Positions 40,001-50,100 of a stretch of 64,000 bases of DNA are shown one piece after another. Position 1 is the stretch's first letter. Each line of letters opens with the position of its first letter. This DNA is from Nageia nagi (Eukaryota; Plantae; Pinophyta). Location: positions 24,986,001-25,050,000 of the forward strand of contig JBITNC010000002.1 in the NCBI GenBank assembly GCA_050084985.1, read 5' to 3'. A program made the position numbers and the translations under genes. The notes beneath the pieces are model-generated. The model was not told the DNA's origin. It ran no database searches and saw only the letters and a list, made by a program, of their open reading frames with translations.

Positions 40001-43000
40001 TTCTTGATGGTTCCAACTATGGGATTTGAGAACCTCGAATGAGAGTTGAATTGCAAGCAAGGAAGCTTTGACAAACAATGAATAAGAACCTTGTACCTCC
40101 TACAGATGAGAAAGCACTAGAGGCTTACAACACAAAGAATAAGTTGACAACCTTCATTATTTACCATGCAGTTTCAGATGATGTGCTCCTGATGATTTCC
40201 TTTTCAATCTCAGAAAAAAAAGAATGAAATAAGCTTAAGCAAATCTACCTTGGTTCAAACTTTTCAAGAAGATTTACCATTTTCCAAAAGTTGCTTCAAT
40301 CTCATCAAAGGGAAAATGAAAATGTGGCTATCTACTTAAACCAAATCATTGACCTAAAGACCTAACTTGTTGCTTGTGGGTCTAATTGGATCAATGATGA
40401 GTTCATTGTCTTCATCATTCTTCAAAACCTTTCTTCAAAGTTTGAAAATTTTGTGAAGGTTATGGAAACAAGGCTTGATGATGAAAAAGAAGTCTTCTCC
40501 CTTGAGAACCTTTCAAGGCACCTATTGAAGCATGAGAAAACCCTTAACAATAAAGGGTTGATTTCTTCTCCTAAGGATAATAACGTTGCTCTTAGAGCAA
40601 CCAAAACTTCTTTCAAGAAGAAGTTCAACCATCAAAGAAAATCTTACCCTTCTTCCTCCAAAAGGTTTGAGAAAAAAGAAAATGTCTACAATAGCAACAG
40701 GAACAACAGAAATAACAACCACACTAACAGGAACAACGGCAACAACAATCATTTCAAACAAAGAGATGGAAAAGGCAAAGCTAACACTCCTTATCCTAAG
40801 GAAAAATTTGATGGCAATTGTAATTATTGTAGCATTCAAGGTCACAAAGAAATTGATTGCTACAAAAAGAAAAAAAAGAAAAACAACAAAGGCAATGGAA
40901 ATGTAAAGAACTACAAAGGAAAGAAAAATATTCATGTTGGTTTTGTTGCGGCGCTCTACACCTTGTCTTGCTCTTTTTCATTTGAATGGATTGTTAACTC
41001 TGGTTGCACTAATCACTTATGCTTTGAAAAAGAAAAGTTTGAGAACCTTCACAAGTATAAAAAGGATGCGGTTGTGATAGGTGATAACTCTACCCTTGAA
41101 GTTCAAAGAATTGGGAGTGTGTTGATTCATGGAAAGGTTCTTGAAAATGTTCTCTATGTTCCTAAGATAAGGATGAACCTTCTCTTCGTAATCCAAGTTG
41201 CTAGAAAAGGGTACTCTTTTCAATACGACTCTCAATCCTGATGCATTAAGAAAGGACTTGCCACTTTGGTTAAACGATCAGTGAAAGATAACCTCTACAT
41301 TGTGAATCAAGTTCCATCAAAAATGTGTCTTGCTTCTAGTGTGTGTTCTAAAGGCAATCTTAGGGCACCTTAACCACAAGAGTATTCAAATCATGAAAGA
41401 CCAAGAACTTGTGAAAGGTTTGCCTTCAATTTCTTCTTCGGTTGGTCTATACGAGAAGTGCATTCTTGGCAAGATGCATAGACAAAAGTTTGAAAAAGAT
41501 AAGGCAACAAGAGCATCTCAACCTCTTCAACTTGTGCATTCAGATTTGATAGGTCCGTTTTAGACTAAGTCGCTTGGAGGAGCATCTTATGTCTTAACCT
41601 TCATTGATGACTTTAGTAGGATGACCTTTGGATATCTACTTGAGCATAAGGATCAAACCTTTGAGAGTTTTAAGATTTTTAAAGCCTTTGTTGAAAATCA
41701 AACTAACCTAAAAATCAAGATGTTAAGATCAAATAATGGAGGAGAATATAACAGCAATGAGTTCAATGACTATTGTGCTAAGTGTGGAATCAAGAGGCAG
41801 TTTACAATTCCATACACTCCTCAGTAAAACGATATTGTCGAAAGGAAATATAGAACAATTATGGAGATGGCTAGATGCATGTTGGTAATATTCCTAAATT
41901 CTTGTGGGGTGAAGCTGTGAGCACTGCTATTTACACCTTGAATAGATGTCCCACAAAAGCAATTCAAAGTAAAACTCTTTTTGAGGCATGGTCAGGAAGA
42001 AAACCTAACATTTCTCACTTTAGGGTGTTTGGTTGTGAAGCATTCTCCTACATTGTTTCTGAAAAAATGAAAAAGTTGGACAAAAGAGCTGAAAATGCAT
42101 CTTTGTGGGTTATGACAGTCAGCATAGAGGCTTCAGGCTCTACTCTCCAACCTATAAAGCAGTATTTGTTTCAAGGGACGTAAAGTTCAATGAACTTCCT
42201 GAAGAATTTGCTTCTAATGAGGATGTTGATGATCCAAAGGACTCTTCAGTTACTCCTAGCTGGTTGGATATTGATGTAGACAAGTCACCTCAGGAACAAA
42301 ATTCTCCAACACAAAGGGTAACAAGGAGCATGACCTTGAACAAATCTTTAATTGCTAAGATTGACAACAAGCATGAGCCTTCAACCCTCAAAGAAGCCTC
42401 TAAGCACGAGTGTTAGATGGAAGCCATGAAAGTGGAGTATGAGGCGCTTATGAAAAATAAAACTTGGGACTTGGTTCCTTATCCCAATGAAAAGAATGTG
42501 ATTGACAATATATGGATCTACAAAGTCAAGTTCAATTCAGTTGGAGATATTGAAAAATGCAAGGCAAGGTTAGTAGCTAAAGGAGCTGAGAAAACCTTTG
42601 CTCCCGTGGCAAAGATGCCTACTGTGAGAGTTATTCTTGCTCTTTCTGCAACTCAAGGATGGACAGTTTTTCAACTTGACGTAAAGAGTGCATTTTTCAA
42701 TGGTGACTTAGATGTGAAAATCTTCATGAATCAACCAGAAGGGTTTATTGTGGAAGGTAAAGAGTCCTTTGTGTGCAAGCTAAAGAAGTCATTGTATGGA
42801 TTTAAGCAAGCACCTAGAGCCTAGTATAGAAAGATTTCAAGGTACTTTGCAGACATTAGATTCTCCAAGTGTTTTTCTGACTCTGATCTATATGTGCTCA
42901 ATCAAGGAAAAGATGTGGTCTTGATTCTCTTTTATGTGGATGATCTTTTGATTATTGGAAAAAATGATGAAATCATTCAAGAGTGCATATCCAAACTTAA

Positions 43001-46000
43001 AGCAACGTTTAAAATGATTGATCTTGGTCTCTTACACTACTATCTTGGAATGCAAGTGTATCAATACAAATATTGTACTTACCTCAATCAATCTAAATAT
43101 ATATCAGACATCTTGTAGAAGTTTGAAATGGAAGAGTGTAGATATACTGCAATCCCAATCTCTCCTGGAATCACTTTTCTCTGAGCTCCAACACTCAGTT
43201 AGCTAATGCAACAACTTACAGGCAATTAATTGGTAGTCTTTTGTATTTGACTATATCCAGGCCATATATTGCCTTTGTAGTGAATCTGATGGCACGATTC
43301 ATGCAGAAACCTTATGTTGAACACCTCAATGCTGCTAAGCAAATCTTGAGGTATGTTGCACGGACTAAGCATCTTGCTCTCAAGTATTCCAAGTTGCCCT
43401 CGTTTGTTCTCTCTGGATTCTCAGATTCTGACTATGGGGGAGATAGAGATGATAGGAAGTCAACCTCTACGTATGTGTTTAGCATTGGTTCAAGTGCTAT
43501 CTCTTGAGCTTCCAAGATGCAACCTACTGTTTCTCTTTCCACCACAGAAGCTGAATATCATGCCATGTCTGTTGCAGCCCAAGAAGCCATTTGGCTAAGG
43601 CATCTTCTGAAAGAAATTGAGTATAAGCAAGGTGGCTCATCTTTGATCTCTTCAAACAATCAATCGGCTATTTCTTTGGCTAAGAATCTAGTGTTCCATC
43701 AAAGAAAAAAACATATGGAAATCCATGCCCATTTTATCAGGGAAAAGGTTCTTGATGGCATCATACACTTGAAGTATTGTCCATCCATTGAACTCCGCTA
43801 ATTTGTTCACCAAGCCCCTCCCAGAACCTCAGTTCTGTAAGCTTAGGGATGCTATCGGGTTGGTGAAGTTGCCCTCAAGGGGGGAGTGAAGTTTGAATTC
43901 TTATGTTGAATTCATATTTGTGATGACAACTTCACCCGTAAGAGGATTTTGTGCTGTATAGTGTTGATTTTGTTGTACACCTTCGTGGTAAGTTCGCTCT
44001 ACGTGGAGAACTTCTTGTACAAATTAATCAATCTAGCACTGTTCAGTTATCCATGTGTGAGGAACTCTTGTGTCTTTTGGCACTGTTCAGTTATCCATAT
44101 GTGAGGAACTCATACGTGCATACTCTGTTTTTGGTCAATCTAAGCACTGTTCAGTTATCCATGTGTGAGGAACTCTTATGTGTCTTTTGGCACTATTCAG
44201 TTATCCATATGTGAGGAACTCGTATGTGCATGCTTTATTTTGTAATGATAATCAACACATGTTTTATATACAATAGTTGACTATAAGTTTTTGGTATGGC
44301 ATCTTTGTGATGACTTATAGTGCACCATTGATCAGTTCATAATGGCATTTGTGTGATTCATCTATCCTTGTTGATATGAATATGATGCATCTAACTAATC
44401 TTGTTATTTGAGCTGCTTATGACTTGCAGGTTCCTTTGAGATTGCAGGTTACTTACCTCAAGTATGCAAGCTCTTGGAGACCCTTCATGACTTCCAGTTG
44501 GATGACTACTTCATGTCCATTGAAACCGGTTGTGGTTAATGATTGTATTTGGCAAAGTAGTGAGTTTCAAACTATATCTTTCTTACTTCACAAATATGTA
44601 AAAAGTTCTCATCTCCGTTGTATCTGTTTGGAGGAGAACTCTCTTACTTTCTCTTCTTCTTCTCTCTTACTCGCTCTATCTCAATATTGCATTAAAGGGG
44701 GAGTGTTGGAACGTATAATGCATTATTGTAAAGGTTTGTATTAAATCTTCTATGTAAGTTCCCTAATACTTAAGGGTATCATTTGATACCTTAAGTATTT
44801 AAGTGAATATGATAATGTAACTTGTCTTACACTCCATGTCATGAGCATGCCCCTTGGGTAAAAGGATGTGCATGTCATGCTTTTGTACATTGGATAAAAA
44901 GGTGATCCAAAGAGGGATTTCGACCTATAAATAGAAGGCTCTCTCTTTGTGATTACACACCAATTATGGAGTAAAGTTATGCTATAGGATAGAAGTGTAG
45001 GATTTGAAATTAGGAGGATTGTAAGAGAGTTGTATTTGTGATTGAAGTAAAGATTTAGTTAATGGATGTACTCCTAGTTGGAGGAACCACTCTACATCTT
45101 GAGTTACTTTGTGAGATTGTTTTATTTGTGAGTTTGTTAGATGTGTATTGTGAGCTTTCAAGAGATCTTTGTTGTTTAGGAATTATCTTGTTAATGTTAA
45201 TTCCTTCAATTTAACCCGAAATACCCTGACCCACATCATGAACCTAGTGGGTGGATCCTAAGAGGTGATACTCATGTGATGGATCCTGTGGTATGGAGGT
45301 TTACTCGAGCCACATTGGGGCTCGAGTCACGATAGGCTAGGTTGTGCAGGGATAGACCCACATCGATTAAGCGTTCATGTATGGTATTGCCAATGGTGTC
45401 GATGGCAAGGGAAGGTGTAATTGGTTTGGGAACCAATCTGTGTCCTCTTGTGGCAGTCAAGGCAATCCAAGACTGATTTTGTTTTTAGATTTATGGTCAG
45501 GAGCATGGGAAGACATGTTTGAAATTCTTAAAAGGGTCGCAATTTGAGTTTTGAGGCATCCATGTAATGCTTCACAATCTAACTGTAAATATAGCAACTT
45601 TGAGCACACCACTCAAATATTTATCGATTACAATCTCACCTTCATCACAAACAAATTGATGGATCCAACCACAAATCCATAAACATGGATATCATTTATC
45701 CACAATATAAATGAACTTCATATCAGAAAGAGAAGCAGACCTTATTTTCTATGGAGGACTTTGAAGATATGGTGGAAGAGCCTATAGCCATCACCAAACA
45801 AGTTGCACAAGCAGCATCAAGGAAAGCACAAGTATCCTCACATGCCACAATCAATTAGCCAGCAAAGCTAATGCAAAGAGAATCTGTCTATCTTAAGGCA
45901 AAAGCAAAGTGCTTGGGACATGTTGACTGGTCATTTAATACATTTTTGTAATTGTAGAATGCTAAAGGTAGCATTTAGACATTTAGTAATTCTATTTTCT

Positions 46001-46976
46001 CCTTGTTAATAGAAATGATTATTTCGTGTTGTCTTAAAGCTCAATTCGATGGCTGAAGTGAAAAAAGAAAAAATCTTTCATTTGTTTTTCAAAATCGATT
46101 ATAATACAAATACTTCTGATCACACTTCTGGACCTGTCACCAAGAAGATTGATCTTGAAGTTGCCGATCCTTCAGTAAACGAGGATGGTTTTTGTAGAAA
46201 GAGTAGGCAGCAAAAATTAAAATCAAAAAGTTTCTAAAGTAATGAATTTAAGTACTGTCCCAAATCTCTCCCTCCTTACACCAATACAAATTCTGTGAAG
46301 GTCAAATCAAAATAAATTTAAATGAATGTATTCATATTTCCGCAAATATAGGGTAATGCATAACCAAATGTATAGGTTAAAATTTATATCAGGGAATACA
46401 GACTCAAAAATAAAATAAAAATGAATCTAACACAGAAGAGAAATTCTATCAACCCATCTGCTATTGGAAAGACACATCATTCTACAATTTGCAGAATTAA
46501 ATAAAGTGCAAAATGATAGCTCACCAAAACCTTAACAAATAGATGTTAAGACAAGGCCAGAATATATTTTGGATGGCTCTCTCTGTATAAATGAAATTCG
46601 CACTTCTAATATTCACAAAATTCATCTTTTAATTCTACGGTGGAACTTGAAGAATCTCATACTACAGGGTTTGATACACCAATTATTGCTAGAGCAAAAC
46701 GTCCTGGTAGAACAATTCTCAGGAACGTATAGAAATTCTGTACCAAAGTTTTATGTATACCCAAAAAACAAATCGTATTTCTTGTTTCTCGAATGAAATA
46801 TTGCACAGGTTGAATTTTGTCACTGAAAAGAACAATTTCAGAGAAGTTAAAACAAACTTTCTACATAAACACATACCTTGACAAGTTTGATCCTCTGGTC
46901 TTCCAGCCGTGAAACTTATCAGCGCAAACAGGCAAAAATATAACAAAAAGACCCGTCGCACATTCGGAGGCGCCAT
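3926..46976 (-). CDS. NEMP1: Nuclear envelope integral membrane protein (NEMP1/TMEM194, DUF2215 family), 5' part. Exons 46877-46976, 7845-8070, 4197-4354, 3926-4071; continues beyond the left edge
   Basis: All junctions are GT-AG and phases match (1, 2, 1, 0). Spliced protein: MAPPNVRRVFLLYFCLFALISFTAG...IESSPGLK..ACERICITGLGRFQHLNKYAHS..IELCIHRNASLGLGQCP..WKTLEKGLWSGIMSPYETKFIDIR..SVEEAFQPYRLLFLALALLMLAMAPVVSKWVPFYYSSAMTFGIIVVILLILFQ, the plant NEMP motif set. Exons 2-4 are secure. Exon 1 is inferred from its signal peptide and phase. Confidence 0.85.
4197..4354 (-). CDS. NEMP1: NEMP exon 3
   Basis: ttgcAG|GAATGCATCC...GAAGAAG|GTcagt; encodes NASLGLGQCP..W..MSPYETKFIDIR. Confidence 0.93.
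7845..8070 (-). CDS. NEMP1: NEMP exon 2
   Basis: attgcAG|ATGTGCAT...CACAG|GTaacc; encodes ESSPGLK..CERICITGL..IELCIHR. Confidence 0.92.
8283..8560. repeat. Local tandem duplication, ~136-bp unit x2
   Basis: TATATCAAAC.TAACTGGCACTGATTAGGAAAT...GCTGCACGCATT.AGCAGATGGTTATTT starts at 8283 and again at 8419. More diverged duplications are at ~7300-7490/7545-7710 and ~8770-8960/8980-9150. Confidence 0.85.
9325..12971 (-). mobile_element. Probable long solo LTR (~3.6 kb) with an internal ~183-bp repeat array
   Basis: TGTT...AACA termini, CTATAAATAG on the minus strand at 10381-10390, and no coding domains. Flanks TCTTG/CATTG match only 3/5, so the left boundary is tentative. Confidence 0.6.
10840..12560. 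repeat. Degenerate tandem array, ~10 copies of a 181-187-bp unit
   Basis: Anchor motif TTTG.TGA.CATCAAA at about 10872, 11055, 11236, 11421, 11608, 11791, 11974, 12157, 12341, 12525. The copies at 11225 and 11410 are nearly identical. Confidence 0.9.
13000..15445 (-). mobile_element. Heavily decayed LTR-retroelement remnant(s): LTR-like segment and PBS-like site
   Basis: Minus-strand TGTGACGGTCC start at 15445 and PBS-like TATATCAGAGCTC at ~14011-14023. No clean ORF. Confidence 0.35.
15760..18400 (-). pseudogene. Degenerate Ty3/gypsy pol (RT, RNase H, integrase)
   Basis: RT ([41 protein letters not shown]), RNase H (LALPNLQQPFEIEIDTSEY..YSTYDKELYAL), integrase (RPWECISMDFVGGLP, DRFSKM, VNRTMVQLLRGYC). 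RT-RH-INT is the gypsy order. Many stops and frameshifts. Confidence 0.93.
18671..18957 (-). mobile_element. Solo LTR (287 bp) with perfect 5-bp TSD
   Basis: TGTTA...TAACA termini, TSD TCCTT at 18666-18670 and 18958-18962, TATATATA box near 18835. Confidence 0.9.
23321..23690 (+). pseudogene. RNase H domain remnant of an L1-type LINE (RVT_3-like)
   Basis: Translates with frameshifts to KWLPPPKSWLKMNF..KGDPGKARAIVRD..TSSHQAEGRAL..LIAEQDSTNSIN..YTYREGNKV. Confidence 0.8.
25993..28670 (-). pseudogene. hAT transposase (zf-BED, DUF659, hAT dimerisation). Exons 27726-28670, 27183-27598, 26883-27062, 26443-26776, 25993-26346; two premature stops
   Basis: YKCHICNSTFKGSYTRIESHL, NVVQ/IITDA, IFWTPCCVHALN, TRYAT, RWNKMNTPLYMAAHVLNP, WWELYG..AIRLLSQ, AERNWSTYGFIHSLRRNRL. 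Four GT-AG introns with matching phases. In-frame TAG at 28146-28148 and TAA at 27320-27322. Confidence 0.93.
29120..29395. repeat. GC-rich hAT subterminal repeats (GGGAAC/GTTCCC), also at 25520-25625
   Basis: Many copies of GGGAACG/CGTTCCC in both orientations next to the TIRs. Confidence 0.9.
29700..29712 (+). promoter_or_regulatory. PBS (tRNA-Met-like)
   Basis: TGGTGTCAGAGCC, 1 nt after the LTR-terminal CA at 29698. Confidence 0.9.
29939..30568 (+). CDS. Uncharacterised charged/coiled-coil ORF (209 aa) inside the LTR element
   Basis: Open for 630 nt downstream of the PBS, in the gag position. GTG start and no recognisable gag motif. Confidence 0.35.
   Translation: MDALIEEANTLMKKLDLTYVTRKEMTIFRERILNTPKSFQERVGFDRFVNLQTKRKPSGGDKRGDWRSSTTRSRFEPTRSMLGKLRSTDEELRSALEKFRSTKIVLEQQQEKVKNEKQHEGIMTNDVTNAVTEKDALISEEEELKSEIVDKETNLPHAKCCKENDRKKPDMDPETKDDGQTSIGGDALVSEGTIAVSDFSPYNSDFLES
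31078..32030 (+). pseudogene. TIMELESS: Intronless TIMELESS (TIM/Tof1/Swi1 homologue, plant ATIM) internal fragment, captured and decayed
   Basis: Reconstructed: KSMVEEEQRRLSRLRDLAHHSLF/TFVRLAPGGSK..LLKNFADQFLDTGYNLLMQSVREDIRKEHPAIQNSDIIVFFEVAHF..TLFRGLICGPIA*TMNEAMFDMVISKWHHAFEAL..AGALVKEMIHMLD..ARKLLYKVFFDQ..FDNHKKP*SHL/ADLM*ITHIVLRLME..GTLRVLKKSQKGRKEK. Colinear with the plant TIMELESS motifs as I recall them. Frameshifts near 31155 and 31910; stops at 31538, 31595, 31898, 31923. Confidence 0.9.
32433..32444 (+). promoter_or_regulatory. Polypurine tract
   Basis: GGAGGGGTAGAC just upstream of the 3' LTR. Confidence 0.8.
32446..33499 (+). repeat. 3' LTR (1054 bp)
   Basis: TG...CA termini, TATAAAA at ~32847, homologous to the split 5' LTR with scattered substitutions and several indels. 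Confidence 0.95.
33560..35390 (+). pseudogene. Old, degenerate hAT transposase, 5'/central part (DUF659 region)
   Basis: Frameshifted GC.IM..GW....NRTLINFL, EEGTENVVQILIDYAS, IFWTLCVA..LNVMLKEIEKL. Donor-like CAA|GTAAAT at ~35388. Confidence 0.8.
35883..36387 (+). repeat. 5' LTR of copia
   Basis: Same length as and colinear with 44704-45208. CTATAAATAG at ~36104. Confidence 0.95.
36391..36402 (+). promoter_or_regulatory. PBS, tRNA-Met
   Basis: Exact TGGTATCAGAGC. Confidence 0.95.
37075..37630 (-). pseudogene. Probable L1-type LINE ORF1 fragment (DUF4283/zinc-knuckle region) inside the copia leader
   Basis: Two overlapping ORFs joined by a frameshift give ..VAKQGEDQFV..NKWIQGIH../SLIDLEKFW..QFPSRIP..NVNVRCLEVKTRPI*CGVYMSG/KH. 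The spacing resembles the KW..VWV.L..LPLEFW..LP..CxxCxxxGH layout of plant L1 ORF1. Similarity is weak and judged by eye. Confidence 0.5.
38183..38302. repeat. Two adjacent inverted repeats (38-bp stem/8-nt loop; 15-bp stem/4-nt loop)
   Basis: 38183-38220 pairs with 38229-38266 (one G-T). GATGCATTAAATTTG-ctaa-CAAATTTAATGCATC at 38269-38302. Confidence 0.92.
38600..39150. repeat. AT-rich degenerate minisatellite in the copia leader
   Basis: Repeated ATGCATGCTTAGGACTTAAATTTTTAAGTT-like units. Confidence 0.7.
39973..43889 (+). pseudogene. copia gag-pol (gag, zinc knuckle, PR, INT, RT, RNase H), with stops and frameshifts
   Basis: ATG 39973 (LDGSNYGI*), CNYCSIQGHKEIDC, WIVNSGCTNH, LVHSDLIGP, LRSNNGGEY, KARLVAKG, QLDVKSAF, LKKSLYGFKQAPRA, YVDDLL, GFSDSDYGGDRDDRKSTS, SLSTTEAEY; ends SRGE* at 43889. 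Confidence 0.96.
44036..44235. repeat. Tandem repeats in the copia 3' region (4 copies of a 32-bp core in two ~108-bp units)
   Basis: GCACT(G/A)TTCAGTTATCCAT(G/A)TGTGAGGAACTC at ~44036, 44080, 44144, 44190. Confidence 0.9.
44704..45208 (+). repeat. 3' LTR of copia
   Basis: Follows the PPT and is colinear with the 5' LTR. Confidence 0.95.
45489..45780 (+). pseudogene. Last exon of the degenerate hAT transposase (dimerisation domain), separated from 33560-35390 by nested insertions
   Basis: After tttttAG: DLW..EHGKTC..LKRVAI*VLRHPCNAS..NFEH, resembling WW..G....L..AIRILSQPCSAS.CERNWS.FE. Confidence 0.65.
46877..46976 (-). CDS. NEMP1: Probable NEMP exon 1 (signal peptide)
   Basis: ATG, then MAPPNVRRVFLLYFCLFALISFTAGRPEDQTCQ. 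Strong donor CAAG|GTATGT. Phase 1 joins exon 2 as G|AT (Asp) in frame. Confidence 0.75.
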
Positions 46977-47093
46977 GATTGAAATTTTTATACCAATTAC
47001 AGTCGCATGGGCTCCCAGTTTGGCTGCCGGTTTTTTGAACGAAAAACACTATGAGAGCGCGGAGCCCCAAAAGGTTTCCTGGCTCCCTCTTGT

Positions 47094-47101
47094 TATTTAT
47101 A
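47094..47101 (-). promoter_or_regulatory. Candidate TATA box of NEMP
   Basis: TATAAATA on the minus strand ~118 nt upstream of the ATG. Confidence 0.45.
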
Positions 47102-50100
47102 CGTGGAGAACCAACATTGGAAAAGAACGTTACAATCGACATATCACCATTTTTTTAAATGAGAGTGGGAATGAGTTAATTTGTAGGCTTGAATCATGCT
47201 GCTTTTTTTTACTATAATTTTCAATATATGGAATTAATTGTTTATGTGTTCGAGAGAGCTGATACGATACATTCATTTTCATATTTAAACTAAATTTCTT
47301 TATCAACAAATATAGTCTTACAAGCTATTGTAACAATATTCTTACAACCTATTGTATGTTAAAATTTATTTGCTTATATCATTATAAGAGGAAGCGCATA
47401 TGCGATTACCATAATTCTCTCTTATCATGAGAACTACCCTTCATATCTCATAAATCCTTATCATCATTGTACACGTCGATCTAGGAAGTAACTCAATCTT
47501 CATAGTTACATCCCTCTCAACTTTTCCCTAGGTTTGTTTGAAGTAGAAAAGACATATCATCCCTTAATTTTGATTGCAAGACTAAAATTCATCTTATGAA
47601 CTTATGTATGAGCCCTCCTCTCAACACCATGCAAGTCTAATAATTCATGTAGAGCATTCCTCAACGTGGTTATTAGCCAATTAGGCATAGAAGAACATGA
47701 TGTTATATCTCAACAATGTAATAATGCAACATTTACTTAATGAATTGGGTAGTCATCATTATCATGCCCATGCTCTCTAAGATTAACAACATCATTCATA
47801 CCATTCATATGAAGATCATCATATCTATTATCATCAAGAAAAGTAATTACGAAGGTGAATTCAACATTCCAACTATCAATAGAAGTAATTGTGGAGGCGA
47901 TGAAGATGTCAAATCAAGGTAAGAAGATCAATAGGGATGTGAAAGTGAATAAATTGGAGGAGATTCAAGCATGTCATAGGTTATTATCTTTTGCTTTGCA
48001 TGAACGAAGTTATGTATTAGACATGAAACTTTATTTCACTCTGCTACTTATTTGTAATGAAAAGTTATGATTCAAGCTACCCAGAAAAGATGTATCTCAA
48101 GATGTAAGTTTGCTAGTTTTTCTCCTTGAAAAAATATTTAATGTATTTACCTATTATAAAAATAAATAAATAAAAAATCATCCAAGTAAAATCCATCCCG
48201 TGTCCATCACTATACAAACTAACATGATTCTGATGAGGGCTAGAAGAAGTTATAAGCTCATGTTGAAACATGCTTACCATGATGTTTCAATATGCTTATG
48301 AGGTAAATCCATATATCTAAAAAAATAGAGGGCTATCGTAAATCTAAAGAAGATAAAGACTTAATACCAAAAAATCTAACAAGGTAGAAGAATAAACATG
48401 AGTAGAAATGATCCTTTTATCGAACATCATTTTTACACTCTCAGCAATATTTTATACCATTAATAACAAAATCTTGAAAAATAGGGATATATCATGTTAA
48501 CCATCTAAAGTACACCTACTATTATTTGGTGTATGATGCACTCATTAATCATGTCCAACAAACTCTAAATTTCCTATAACATGAATTGTGTTAGATCCAA
48601 ATAATCACTAGAGTGATATAATAACTCACTTCATTAATCATTATACATATATATACACTTATGGGTATTGTAGATATGTAAATTTAATTTTTATATTTAG
48701 TTAAATACGTAAATTTTTTTTATTTTTATGCTTGAGAAATCGATCACTATCTTCTTTGCTTTGTCATGGATTTGAATCTTGCCCATGTTACCACTATAGC
48801 CCCTAATTGCACTAAGTAACTTTTCAACATAACCAATGATGTTGAGTCAACACATCCTCTAGTACTATAAGACCCAAAAAAATGTGAACTTGGATCATTG
48901 CCTCATCATGGGCATGGGTTGAGCACCAAGCTAGTGCCTCAAGTCTTTATTTAAATACATAGTTAAGTATATAGAAACAAATTATTATTTGAAGAAAAAT
49001 ATCAATAAGGTAAATTCAAATTTCAAGAGCTAATATTTTCATGTTCAAGGTAAATTATGTATGACAAATTATAAAAGGCAAAGATAAAGTTATTTCAAGA
49101 TATTAACCACTTTTATGATAAACTATATGCTCTCTTGATGTGGAAACCCTACAAGATCTCCATAATATTAATACAAGGTAAATCCATTGAGGAATTAATT
49201 ATTACATCTTCACGTTGAGTTGGATGATATTTCATGCCATTATGAATTATTACAAGCCCTATTGAAGTAATTGAACAGAAGGTGCGAAGCCTTGAAATTA
49301 TTTGATAGCCTTTGTAACTTTTGAAAACTCAAAATTCTTCAAAAATAGGATTCATATCACTCTTATCCTCTCATGTAGATCCCAAAATAAGATTTATTCT
49401 TAAGTTTTTTCAACCCATAATCAATTCTAATGGATGGACACTACAATATACTTCTCATATCCAACAGTAGTTACTCCATTTTAGGTACTTAATGCATGCT
49501 TTCATTTATTTTTTCTTTCTTCTATTAGTCTTTGTTTCCAACATTCAAGGACTAGCTTCGCTATTAATAAGGTTGTTCCTAACCCTTTGAAATATTGAGG
49601 ACAAGCATGAAATCCCTTTTAAAACCCTAGTTTGTATGACCTATTCAAATAAGTATTCAAAGCTTTAATTTGATATTAAAAAATCCAAATAAGGTACACA
49701 TGTGTTGTTTATTAATAATTTTATGCTTGTATGATATATATATATATCTCATTGCTCCAAAATTGAATATTATTATATCTACTAGTTATCTTTGTTCAAT
49801 TGAGTATCATTATTATACATTTATTTATTGATTTTTATTTGTAGACACCATTATAATTATGAATTATTGGTATGTAATAACTTGAAGCCTATGGCTTACT
49901 AGGATCCTCAAATATATATTTTTTAACTTGAATGATTCTTTTAATTATTATATGCCAACAATTAACTTGTATGTGCATTACAAAATATTGAGAAATGAAA
50001 ATAAAACACAATAATAACCATTTGTAATACACTCACAAAGATTGACACATATATTTGTAATTGGTTCCACTTAATGTGAGAGTGCATCCACTATCCACAT

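Larger units (their letters stand above)
35883..45208 (+). mobile_element. Full-length Ty1/copia LTR retrotransposon with a 3.6-kb leader and a 0.8-kb 3' region
   Basis: 505-bp LTRs (35883-36387, 44704-45208; TGTTGGAA...CCTTCA), PBS TGGTATCAGAGC 36391-36402, PPT AAAGGGGGAG 44694-44703, TSD GTTTA/ATTTA (4/5). Confidence 0.96.
35502..45455. mobile_element. Solo LTR (~630 bp: 35502-35882 + 45214-45455) interrupted by a copia element
   Basis: TGTCAC...GTGGCA termini with perfect TSD GTCAA (35497-35501, 45456-45460). Confidence 0.8.

Noticed and set aside
44036-44235. CRISPR-like repeat-spacer appearance (32-bp repeat x4)
   Set aside because: The spacers are themselves duplicated and of unequal length, there are no cas genes, and the context is a eukaryotic retrotransposon 3' region.
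44424-44744. env-like ORF after copia pol (Sirevirus-like)
   Set aside because: Short, has a non-ATG start, runs through the PPT into the LTR, and shows no env features.
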